This document shows, one piece after another, positions 12,901 through 24,506 of a stretch of 64,000 nt of DNA (position 1 is the first letter of the stretch; every line of letters starts with the position of its first letter). The notes under the pieces are model-generated. The model worked only from the letters and a program-made list of their open reading frames with translations. It did no database searches and was not told the origin of the DNA. Made by a program: the position numbers and the translations under genes. Source of the DNA: Octopus sinensis (taxonomy: Eukaryota); NCBI RefSeq assembly GCF_006345805.1, contig NC_043016.1, forward strand, positions 19,406,001 to 19,470,000. Direction: 5' to 3'.

Positions 12901-13772
12901 TCTTTAGTCATTGCGTGGTGATCGCTGTAAGCCTTAAGCTTATAAAATACTATTATTATTATTTACTGTATTGTAAAAACCGGCACTGCTTAACAAAACT
13001 ATTCGCAGTAAAAGCACATGAAAGTTTGTTTACAAAAACAACTACGAACTCATTATAGTTCTTAAATCTGACAAAAAAGCAGGTAGATTCGCTAGTGTAA
13101 TCGGCAGCACACTCGGTCGCGTAAACAGAGAGGTGTATGTTCAAGACCCACGCGTACGGGAAAACTTACCTTTTCTGTTGAAGGCTTATATGCCCCATTA
13201 TTAGACTATTTTCTTTAGTCACTTTATATTATACCCGGGCTAAGCTCGAACAGCGGAGTCGCCACTGATATATATATATAAATATATATATATAAGGGAG
13301 GCAGTCAGAATTTTGGGATAATTCTTTATTAACGCTTTTGTTTGTTCAACCGGACTCTTTAAGATAATGTACAGAAAATTTCTTCCGTCTTCACAGAAAT
13401 CGAAAAGCAGGTGTTGCTTTACTTTGTTTAAAAGAGAAGTTTTGTATTGGGGTGGGGTTGAGAAAGGGAGAAAGAGAGAAAGATAAGAGGAAGGACAAGC
13501 AAGAGAAAGAAAAGCAGAGAGGAGAAGAGATAAAGAGAAAGAAGTTCCTTTTCAATTATATTGGATCGATGTGGTCAGCCCATTGAAATTTAATTACAAT
13601 TCAAGATGCTTTTCTTGATTCTGTCATCGTTTACGAAAGCATCTCTTCCTCGCTGTTTTTTTCTTCTTCATTAGATACATATTAACATATTTGTAAATAT
13701 ATACATTAGGATTAGAAAAGTGATATATTTTTTTCCCTCCGTCTTCATTCTTTGGATCTTTCCTTTTCCTAT

Positions 13773-13807
13773 GTTTCTGACGAAGACCTCCGCTCGAAAC
13801 GTTAAGC
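13773..13807 (+). ncRNA. Minimal type-I hammerhead (Penelope-type)
   Basis: GTTT CTGACGA A GACC TCC GCTC GAAAC GTT^AAGC; loopless palindromic stem III (ACGT); one mismatch in stem II. Confidence 0.7.
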
Positions 13808-13906
13808 CCTCCTTCTTTCCTTCTTTCCTGAGCGTCCAATAATACTATACTTGTTCCACGTCCTCGCCTTGTTGTGTTTTCTCTTTGTGTTTTCATGTTT
13901 GGATTA

Positions 13907-13937
<31 letters not shown>

Positions 13938-14265
13938 GTCACCCCATTGAAATATAATTGGTTGAAATTGCAGAAATTGAAGAAAAAACAACAAATATCT
14001 TACAAACTATAGAATTTTCTCAATAAAGCCAGGAGAAAAATACCTAAAACAGATTGAAATGCAATAGATCAATACTAGGGTCATAATTATGGGTGACAAT
14101 TTCATATGACACCGCTAGAAAAAACTGCCGTTCAAACCGAAAAGATACAAATATAATTGCAAGTTAAGGTGTCATTTTTGATTCAGTCATTGTTTTCGAA
14201 AGCATCTCTTTCTCTTTCTCTCTGTCCCTCAATGAATATATACACTAGCATTTAAAAAGTGATTT

Positions 14266-14316
<51 letters not shown>

Positions 14317-15319
14317 GTTTTGTTTAGAAGAGGAGAAAGGAAAATAGAGGAAGGAAGAGAGGAGAGAGAAGAAAGTAGAAGAAAGCATGTCTGTTGACTA
14401 ATAGGTGGACGATGCTAAATGACCTCTCAAGACGTCGATTTTAGGAAGAAGGATGAAAAAGAAAAACAAGGGAAATGAAAGGGGAAAAACAGAGAGGGAA
14501 AAGCTTCTTTTCAATTACGTTGTATCGATGTGGTGGCCTCGTTGAAATTTAATTACAATTTAAGATGTCATTCATGATTCTGATATTGTTTTTTTTTTTT
14601 AATTCCCTCTCTCCCCTTCTCTTATCATATACCTATTCACATGTTTGTAGATATACACATTACATTTTGAGGATTCAGAAAGCGGTTCTTAAGTGTGTAC
14701 AGTCACAATTATAGAGAATGAAATAAATTCAGAGTCCTAAGTCCACGTGGCTGTGCGGTAAGTAGCTTGCTTACGAACCACATGGTCCCGGGTTCAGTCC
14801 CACTTAGTGGCACCTTGGGCAAGTGTCTTCTACTATAGCCTTGGGCCGACCAAAGCCTTGTGAGAGGATCTGGTAGACGGAAACTGAAAGAAGCTCGTCG
14901 TATATATGTATGTGTGTGTGTGTGTGTGTATTTGTTTTCCCCCCAGCATCGCTTGACAATTGATGCTGGTGTGTTTACGTCCCCGAAACTTAGCGGTTCG
15001 GCAAAAGAGACCGATAGAATAAGTACTAGGCTTACAACGAATAAGTCCTGGGGTCGATTTGCTCGACTAAAGGCGGTGTTCCAACACGGCCACAGTCAAA
15101 TGACTGAAACAAGTAAAAAAATTCTCTCCAATATTGATTGATTTCAAAATATGTTTGGAGAGGGCCAAACTGGGGTAGTCAAGTACTCGCATTCTTTCTC
15201 CCCCAGTCGTATTAGCTGGGCACAGTGCCTGTGTGAGCTAACTATGTAGTGTTCATAATTTGTTTCATTTGAAGGGGTATTCATGCATATTGTCTTTGCT
15301 TCTCTTTCAAACGTTTAGT

Positions 15320-15790
15320 TTTGGAGATAATTTTATGATAAAATGCATTTCCATTGCCTTTCGGAAGCTTGGGTCATCCCTTGAACATTTGTAGAAGGGA
15401 AAGATCTTGAATTTTTCTTCACCACATATTTCCCGATGCTTACTCAGTGGAATCTTGCGTAGTTCCTCTTGTCGAATGTATTATCTGTGGATTCTTGCAC
15501 GCTGCCAAAGAAAATTGTTGGTTTTGCCAATATAATTTTCCTTGCAGCTGGGGAAAGTATTGCAGCATATGTGATTCTGTGTTTTCCAGATCATATTTTG
15601 AACGAGAATCCACTCATGAATTTATGTCTATTTGAAGCAATTGTTGTTGTTGTATGTTCCACATTTGCCATCTCCACATTTAAGGAGAATTCTGATTCAC
15701 TCTCTAATGTGAATTTTGCACTGTTATTTTAAGATTTTGGGGGCTGGCACCTACTGTTTCGAAAGAGCTTTTCATCAACCACATTTTTCA
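15320..15790 (-). pseudogene. Penelope-like element GIY-YIG endonuclease C-terminus
   Basis: Minus frame: KCGDGKCGT...QNHICCNTFPSCKENYIGKTNNFLWQRARIHR*YIRQEELRKIPLSKH...FKIFPFYKCS...RKAMEMHFIIKLSPKLNV*. Confidence 0.8.
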
Positions 15791-15837
15791 ATTTGGGTGT
15801 TTGTGTATACGTGTGTATATGCATGTATGTGAATAGA

Positions 15838-15845
15838 AAGATAGT

Positions 15846-15912
<67 letters not shown>

Positions 15913-15913
15913 T

Positions 15914-15980
<67 letters not shown>

Positions 15981-15981
15981 T

Positions 15982-16042
<61 letters not shown>
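15838..16042. repeat. (GATA)n microsatellite
   Basis: Direct reading; another array at ~18072-18230. Confidence 0.95.
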
Positions 16043-16792
16043 CAAAACAGTTTGATTTAAATTCGTTGGTATGCGTAGATGCATGAAAATATGCATATGT
16101 ACATATGAATGAATACGCATGTGCGTGTATGCGTTTATGTGTATGCATGTGTGCGTATGCGTGTGTACGTGTGTGTGTGTTTGCGCGCGAGTCCACTTAC
16201 AGATGCATACGCTTGTATCAATATACACATGCACGCAAAACTATAACTACTCACCCACATATAGAATTATATACTTGCACTTGCCGCCCCTTCATACTTC
16301 CCCTGCCCCCCCAGAAACTAATCCCCATTTCCTTCCTCCACGGGGTTAATTTCGTGTTCATCATGCGATATTTTCCAACTAACTGTTATCCATATACCAA
16401 CATCAAACCACCTTACGGATCCAGCTTCTGTCATTCAAATTCAAAATGGCTGACGACTACAATCACGCTTGAAACTCAGGAGTGCAAACGAATTTGAATC
16501 AAACTGTTTTGATCTATACATGCAACTCCCAATAAATTGGTTGAGTGCCCTTTCGTTTCTCCACACACACACACTTATATATAATTATATATAATATAAT
16601 ATATATATATATATATAATATATATTATATATATATATATATTATATATATAAATTAGAGAAAAACCACTATTATGTAATTCAAACAATGATAGACTTAA
16701 ATCATACCATATAGAAAAAATAAAAATATGATAAAAAATGTATCAATATCATAAAAAGTACATAATTAAAAACAGTATATAATTAGTTGATA

Positions 16793-16898
16793 GACTACAT
16801 ACGTTTCGTGGCTATAACTTCAATTCGAATTACAATTAAATTTAAACTTAATCGATCCAAAAATAATTCAATTTAAAAGTATAGTCACTCCTCAGGTC
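16793..16898 (-). ncRNA. Type-I hammerhead with long stem-II insertion
   Basis: GAC CTGAGGA GTGACTATA ...~50-nt AT-rich loop... TATAGCCAC GAAAC GTAT GTA^GTC. Confidence 0.65.
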
Positions 16899-17437
16899 AA
16901 CAATAATAACAATAATAGTTAAATAAATACATATGTTTTAATAGATAATCAAACAGAATTAAACAAAATTTCTTTAAGAAGTAAAAACATGATTCTTCTT
17001 ATAGAAGAAATTCCGTTAACTAAATTTTAAACTTAAAAATAGGACCAAGTGTTTATAATACATTTATCACGTTAAAAACCTAATGTAAAAAAAAATAAAG
17101 TAAATAGATAAAAATATGTATTTTATCTGTGAAGATATATTTTAGCTTTGAGAATAATCTAAACAAACTATAGTATATATTTACTGGAAAAATATAAGAG
17201 TCCAATTAATTAAAATAAAAATACTTAAAATACATCATATACTTAAGTTAAGCTAAATTACTATAATTTAATCTATATTTGTAAATTAATTAAATTATAT
17301 ATTAATTTATTAATTTTAAATAAACATCTAATTTAATCGATTCTAACTATGTACTAAAGCCTATGCAACATGTGTAGACTTAAAATATATCTTATATCAA
17401 CAACGCTGCAGCCACAACCCTATATTTTATATATATA

Positions 17438-17509
<72 letters not shown>

Positions 17510-17607
17510 TCATATCAAAGGGAAATGGAAATTTATAGAAATTTTCACTTCCAGTGTCCTAGCGTGTAAATATCTAGTCCAAAGACTATGTATTAGTCAT
17601 AAAATAC

Positions 17608-17966
17608 AGTGTGCATTTAAACACATAAGGAATCCACTCATGGGATTCAACACGCTAGAAAGAACAGCTAGGTTCTATAACCACAAAATTAGGGATAAAA
17701 TTCGACAGGAATGAAATGAAAAATAAAAACATTTTACCATCTAGTTTCCTGGACCAATTGGTTTCTGATTTTAGTTTAGCAAGTAAATAACTTTAACTCG
17801 CGAGGTGAAATCGTTTTCAACAGGGACACCTTAGATTAAATATATAAACACGAGGTGATCAACATTCCTGTCGAATTTTATCCCTAATTTTGTGGTATAG
17901 AACCTAGCTGTTCTTTCTAGCGTGTTGAATCCCATGAGTGGATTCTTATGTATTTAAATGTACACT
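17608..17966. repeat. ~105-bp inverted repeat pair between (TA)n tracts
   Basis: Arms 17608-17713 and 17863-17966; spacer has a damaged hammerhead-like relic on minus (CTGTTGA...GAAAC CAATTG GTC, 17745-17829). Confidence 0.8.
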
Positions 17967-17980
17967 ATTATATTTATATA

Positions 17981-18179
<199 letters not shown>

Positions 18180-18363
18180 GGGTGGATGGATCGATCGATC
18201 GATCGATAGATAGATAGATAGATAGATGTATATATGTGTATATGAGTATGGGTGTTGTTTGGTTTTACGTGTATGTTATATGGGTCTACGTACGTATCTA
18301 TAGCATATTTATATATGTCAGTGTATGTATATGTATATATATGTATGTATGTGTATGTATTGG

Positions 18364-18396
<33 letters not shown>

Positions 18397-18450
18397 GTAT
18401 ATAATATATATATATATAATATATATATATTATATATATATATATATATA

Positions 18451-20023
18451 CAGTGGGGGGAAATAAATATACATACATGTCAAAATTCTTTATTTATTTA
18501 ATTTCTAATGAACATAAATGGGATATACCAATACATATTTGCATACAGATGCATAAACTAAGAATATGCAAAGAAACTAATAAATTATAGTAACTAAGGA
18601 ATTTATATACAATCATAAATATTTGGGGTGAAAAAAATATTATTACAGAATAAATTTAAGATTTTCTATGCCACAAAATACTGTTAAAATAATTTTTTTT
18701 ACTAGAACTTTCTCGTTTGTTCCAATAATCTTATCAGTTGTTATTTTTAAGTGTCAAAACGCTAGCTTCTTCATTCAGCACTGAGACAACATAAAGTAGT
18801 ATCGTAATAATGGCGAAAAGTAAAGAACTCACAAATACAGTGAAAAACTTAATTATTGAACAGTGGAAAGCAGATAAAAGTTACAGGAAAATATCAGAGA
18901 CCCTTTGTATTCCATTTTCTACCATATCTTCATTTATTCAATGATATAAAAAATCGGGAACTGTTGAAAACAGAATAAGATCCAGTACACCACGCAAGAT
19001 TTCCCCTAGATCTTTAAGAAAAATGAAGTGAAGAATCGAAAAAAATGCAATGATCACCAGAAAGGAGTTGCAAGAAGATTTGTTAGCTTCAGGGACTAGT
19101 GTTACACTATGGAACAATCAGCAATGAACTTCATAGGAATGAACTGAAGTCACGCTCTCCTAGAAAAACTCCGCTCTTGACTAAAAGGCATAGAGATGCC
19201 CGTTTAAAATTTGTTTATGAACATGAAGATAAACCTGATACATTCTGGGAAAATGTTCTATGGACAGACGAATCGAAAATTGAATTGTTTGGAAGAAATT
19301 CGCGTAGCCATGTTTGGAGGAAATATGGTACTGCCTATCCGCCGAAAAACACAATTCCTACCATAAAGTTTGGGGGCGTTTCTCTGCAAATGGTACTGAC
19401 AATTTACATGCGATAGATGGTAGAATGAATGCAGAGATGTTCCAAAATATTTTCAACAATAATTTATGGAACTCTGTAGTAAGCTCCAGCTTTGTGAAGG
19501 GTGGATTTTACAACAGGATAACGACCCTAAGCACACGGCGAAGTCTACAAAAAAATGGATTATCGATCACAATATAAAATTATTAGAATGGCCAAGCCAA
19601 TCACCTGACTTGAACTGCATTGAAAATTTGTGGCGTTCTTGAAAATTAAACTTCATTCAAGAGCCCCAACGTGCATTGCAGATTTGAAGAAAATTTGTCA
19701 AGAAGAATGGAAAAATTCCTAAAGAAAACATCGAGTCATTAAGAACTACAAGAAGAGATGGTTGAAGTGGAACTGAATAATGGTTATGCTACGGAGTATT
19801 AAATCAGATTTATCAGTTATTTATGTCTGTACGAATACTTTTTTTCATCCCTAAATATTTATAATTGTATATAAATTCCTTAGTAACTATAATTATTAGT
19901 TTCTTTTGCATATTCTTAGTTTATGCATCTGTATGCAAATATAGTATTGGTATATCCCATTTATGTTCATTAGAAATTAGATAAATAATTTTGACATGTA
20001 CGAATATCTATTTCCCCCCACTG
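18451..20023 (+). mobile_element. Full-length defective Tc1 (DD34E) transposon with ~190-bp TIRs
   Basis: TA|CAGTGGGGG ... CCCCCACTG|TA. Transposase relic 18810-19802: MAKSKEL...VLWTDESKIELFG...DNDPKH...[15 protein letters not shown], with stops and frameshifts. Confidence 0.93.
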
Positions 20024-20076
20024 TATATGCATGTGTGTGTGTGTGTGTATGTGTGTGTGTGTATGTGTGTGGTGTG

Positions 20077-20133
<57 letters not shown>

Positions 20134-20384
20134 CACGAACATTTTAATATTTGTCTAAGTATTAATCTTCCTTTCAACTTCTTTCCTTTTCCTCTAAGCA
20201 GTTACGATAGCAAAAGCTGATTACGTCATTTTATCTAAACTGGAACGAAAGTTTCCCATGTTCATATTAGGAAATTTTGCGTTTCTACAATATTTTTTTA
20301 ACTTTTATTCATTCTCGAACTGGATGAGCATATAACAACAAGCCAGCCGACACTAAAAATCTCTAGTGAGACATCTTTATCAAT

Positions 20385-20429
20385 GTACCTGAAGAGACCC
20401 AGACTGATGGGTCGAAACATATGTTGTGC
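20385..20429 (+). ncRNA. Type-I hammerhead, intact core
   Basis: GTAC CTGAAGA GACCC AGACTGAT GGGTC GAAAC ATAT GTT^GTGC; palindromic stem III ACATATGT. Confidence 0.72.
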
Positions 20430-20648
20430 CTAATAAAAGTCTAATATGAAATCCATCTCCTATTATTAATTAATGCTATTAATAACCCTAACTGCCATTG
20501 CGAAGTTCCTGAAGTAAGTCCAACGGAAGTGTACCATAACTACGGATGACAACAGGTAGCTTAAACTGTGCCAGTGCTCTTACTCAAGGTTAAAACACAC
20601 CAATCTAATTATACCTATTTGTCTGAATGTTCTATTACATATAGCGGA

Positions 20649-20797
20649 GGTAAAGAATACGTACACTACCGGATTTCGGCGTAACAAAACCTCTAACCAT
20701 AACCCTAAATCCTAACCCTAAACCTAACCCTAAACCCTAACCCTAACACTAACCCCTAACTCTAACCCCTAATCACCGGGTGTAGGTATTCTTTACC
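20649..20797. mobile_element. ~150-bp MITE-like element filled with degenerate telomeric repeat
   Basis: GGTAAAGAATACGTACAC ... GTGTAGGTATTCTTTACC inverted termini; (CCCTAA)-like array at 20695-20772; no TSD seen. Confidence 0.65.
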
Positions 20798-20822
20798 TTT
20801 GCCCTATATATATATGTATGTA

Positions 20823-20853
<31 letters not shown>

Positions 20854-20963
20854 ATGTATGTATGTATATACACAATGGGCTTCTTTCAGTTTCCGTCTAC
20901 CAAATCCCACTCACAAGGCTTTGGTCAGCCCGAGGCTATAGTAGAAGACACTTGTTCAAGGTG

Positions 20964-21004
<41 letters not shown>

Positions 21005-21890
21005 GTGCGCGCGCGCGCGTGTGCGTGTGTACACTCACGCATGCGAAAACTGGAACTGAAAAGCCATTTTCCCATAGTTTTTCTAATGTCTCTGTGATTC
21101 ACAAATACTTTTGAGTATATTTTTGTCCTCGCCACAAAAGAAAGCGAACATCTTGTAAGGTGTAATAAGATAATTTTAAATTTACTACTAAGGGAAACGG
21201 TAATAACTTTCGAACCATTTCATTTGTACGAGACAACATTGAATACTCGTTTGATGTTCTGAAGTCGATGGCAATTTGACTAGAAAACCACAATTTGTTA
21301 ATACATTTACGCGCGCAAAAACTTATAGTTATACGAGTCAGTAATTGATATGTTCAGTACATTACCGATCAAATTGATGATAAACGGATGATTGAATACC
21401 GTTTGAGATATATCCTTTTAATACCATTTTACTATTCATAATAATTAATATTATTTTACTTATTCACTTAATATCCTAAAGTTACTGTTAATTTATAACA
21501 AGAGAAAAAAAAAAGGAAAGCTTTCTCTTCATACGCATTTACCTCACAGCAATTTGTATAATCACAACGAGTCAATAGTTTACATATACAATTATTACCG
21601 ATAAAATTGACTATAAACAGGTAATCAAATAACATTTTTCAAAAATGAAGTCGAATTCTATGAAATTTGAAATATATTCTTTTAATATATTTTTCGTCTA
21701 TACATAAAGACTGTGCTGTTTCTGATGATAAGCACGTAATCTCATAGGAACAAAAGTTATTAGATAACGCACAATGACCGGATCAAAATATTTTAAAACT
21801 ATTATGTTTGGTATCAAACATAAAGTATATTATAATTAGAATGAAGGACTTTCCCCATTTTTGCTCTAATAAATCCGAAAGTTGAAGTTA

Positions 21891-22109
21891 TCATCGGCGT
21901 CTTGGTTTAGCTTTAGATCTTCGAAATAAAGATGAAAACCAAGACCATGCTCTTGACAATCTCCCGGTCTTTTTGACGCCTCTCCTTGATATACCTTTTC
22001 CTCCTCGTGTTCTCAAATGTCTTCTCCGCCTAGATCTCCTCCTTCTGCCTGCCGCCACATTCTGCCGCCTGTTGCTTCTTCTCATTGGAACCCGTTCATA
22101 AAGAGTCAT
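21891..22109 (-). CDS. Small Arg-rich (protamine/transition-protein-like) ORF, 72 aa
   Basis: MTLYERVPMRRSNRRQNVAAGRRRRSRRRRHLRTRGGKGISRRGVKKTGRLSRAWSWFSSLFRRSKAKPRRR; 24 Arg + 5 Lys; lies in non-repetitive sequence; ATTAAA downstream at 21681-21686 (minus). Confidence 0.55.
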   Translation of the reverse strand: MTLYERVPMRRSNRRQNVAAGRRRRSRRRRHLRTRGGKGISRRGVKKTGRLSRAWSWFSSLFRRSKAKPRRR

Positions 22110-22180
22110 TTTCCTCTTAATAAGAAAATATTTACCGACATCCAATCTCCAAAGGATTCGATAAACGGTTGAAAATCCAA

Positions 22181-22226
22181 GAATATATTAAATGACGTCC
22201 TTAAATGACGTCCTAAAATGACGTCA
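22181..22226 (-). promoter_or_regulatory. Three tandem CRE-like motifs plus an AT-rich TATA-like box
   Basis: TGACGTC at 22193 and 22206, full palindromic TGACGTCA at 22219 (13-nt spacing); TAATATATTC (minus) at 22181-22190, upstream of the Arg-rich ORF. Confidence 0.5.
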
Positions 22227-22819
22227 TTCAGATGGACGACAACTGTCTTCTTATATACGTTAATGGTTGTTAAAAATCAAGAATTGAGAATTAGATTGTT
22301 GCTGCTTGAATTACCAATGGTTCTTATCCAGTCGCCATCGCTGTTTTATAACACTGGGCAAAATATTTACCTCTTAATTAGGTCGATCTATTCAACTAGA
22401 TTTCTTCAGAAAAAGTTTACCGATGTAAGCTACAACGGCAATAATGAATGCCTATTTCTTTTCCATTCTCGTTTTTTTTTTTTTTACTTCAGCTTTTTGC
22501 TTTCATACATACGCGCGCTTGCGCGTGCACACGCTCACACTCCCTTTATATCTTTTAATTACTTGATAATGTGGAAACTGTAATGAATTTTCCTAGACTG
22601 TAAAACAAATTAGATACGAACTGAAGAATATTTTCTTTTAATGCACGTTTTCTGATTTTATTTACTGATGAATGTACTGTAGTATTTTGAAGTCTATTAG
22701 TTGATGAAGCATCTGAGAAGGGTTAGATCTTTTATCGGAAATTCGGGGCTTTTTTTTTTTTTTTTTTTTCGAATTAGAGAATATACCGGAAAGTGCTCAG
22801 AAGCTACTTAATAAATACG

Positions 22820-23030
22820 CAGTTGCTGCAAGTCACGCTTCGCGCTGTTAGCTGTTGAGCTTTACACGTCGGAACATCAGCTGCCGATGCTTCGCATTGA
22901 GCCGTCAGCTGTTTGAGAGCCGTACGTTGAACCATTAGCAGTTTGGGAGCTGAGCAATGAGGCGTCAGCAGTTTGGGAGTCACGCTTTGAGCCGTCAACG
23001 GTTCAGGAGCCGCGTGTTGAATCAGCAGAT
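22820..23030. repeat. Degenerate 30-bp GC-rich minisatellite
   Basis: Unit like GTCAGCAGTTTGGGAGTCACGCTTTGAGCC, about 7 copies. Confidence 0.7.
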
Positions 23031-23589
23031 GTTACGCACCACTGAGTCTGCTAGGAATAACGTCACCCAATGACTGTTGAGCAAAAATGTAATAATATGG
23101 TTATGAAATTGGTAAAAGTGAAACCTTTGCTTATTCTATCGGTCTCTTATAACGAACAGCTAAGTTAAAGGGACGTAAACACACTAACAGCTATTGTGAA
23201 GTGGTCGTGGGAGGAAAAAGACATAAGACACATAAGCATACATACACACTCACACATACAAAGTTACCCACACACACACACACACACACACATGTATACA
23301 TAGCCAAGTGGTTAGGCTGTTGCACTCTCGATCGATAGATCGTGGTTTCAATTCCTAGACAGAGTAGGCCGTTGTGTTCTTGATCAAAACACTTCATCTC
23401 ACGTTGCTCTGCGATCACTTCTACACCTGATGCGCGGCATACCGTGCCTCTGTTCGGTCAACGTCGATTTGATGGAGAAAGCGAGTTAATGTACAGCACG
23501 AACATTTGGTTCATTATAAACAAATTATTTGTGCAGGTCATTCAGCAAAAGCTGAACGCTCATACGTCGTCTTCGACGGGAGAGCCCAT

Positions 23590-23747
23590 ATATATATATA
23601 TATATATATATATACAAACTGACATACATACATACATACATACACAGATACATTCATACATTACATACATACATAACATACATACATGCACACATGCTTA
23701 CATTACATTCATACATACATTCATATATACATACACACATACATACA

Positions 23748-23778
<31 letters not shown>

Positions 23779-24090
23779 CATACATACATACATACATACA
23801 TACATACATTACATACATACATACATACTACATACATACATACATACATACATACATACATACATACATACATTACATACACATACATACATACATACAT
23901 ACATACATACATGCATACATACATACATGCATGCATACATCCATGCATGCATGCATGCATGCATGTATGTATGCATGCATGCATGTATGTATGTATGTAT
24001 GTATGTGTGTATGTAATGTATGTATGTATGTATGTATGTATGTATGTATGGATGGATGTATGTATGTATGTATGTATGTATGTGTGTGTG
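23590..24090. repeat. (TACA)n/(TATG)n microsatellite, partly palindromic, inside a SINE A copy
   Basis: Direct reading. Confidence 0.95.
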
Positions 24091-24434
24091 TCTGTCTTTG
24101 CCCCCCCCCCCCAACATTGCTTGACAACCGATGCTGGTGTGTTTACATCTCCGTAACTTAGCGGTTCGGCAAGAGACAGCGATAGAATACGTACTAGGCT
24201 TCCAAAGAATAAGTCCTGGGATCTATTTGCTCGACTAAAGGCGGTGCTCCAGGATGGCCGCAGTCAAATGACTGAAACAAATAAAAGAAAAGAAATATGT
24301 GTATGTACACACACACACACAAACAAACACACGCATACACACACAGACACATAATACAGATTAAGTACAGGACATCACCAACGAGCGAAAAAACGTAAAC
24401 ACACGCGAGATAACTACGTTACAAAATAGCAAAA

Positions 24435-24506
24435 GGAGTCTAACTCCTCCTCAGTTGTCGACTATTTATTACTCCCTATTTCGAGCGTTCAACGACAAGA
24501 TAGGAA
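24435..24506 (-). ncRNA. Candidate non-circularly permuted hammerhead ribozyme
   Basis: Minus strand: TTCCTA TC^TTGTCG ttgaacgCTC GAAA TAGGGA gtaataaatagt CGACAA CTGAGGA gGAG; stems III and I are 6 bp each, stem II 3-4 bp. Confidence 0.55.

Noticed and set aside
12860-13200. CTGTCGA/CTGTTGA-GGC-TTATAT-GCC hammerhead-like starts in a direct repeat (about 12865 and 13175)
   Set aside because: No GAAA or stem III follows, so they are not counted as ribozymes.
13624-13896. Basic 90-aa ORF on minus
   Set aside because: It is the antisense reading of a pyrimidine-rich repeat end containing the hammerhead; no gene features.
22110-22145. N-terminal extension MDVGKYFLIKRK of the Arg-rich ORF
   Set aside because: The ORF track starts it at TTG; the first ATG is at 22109.
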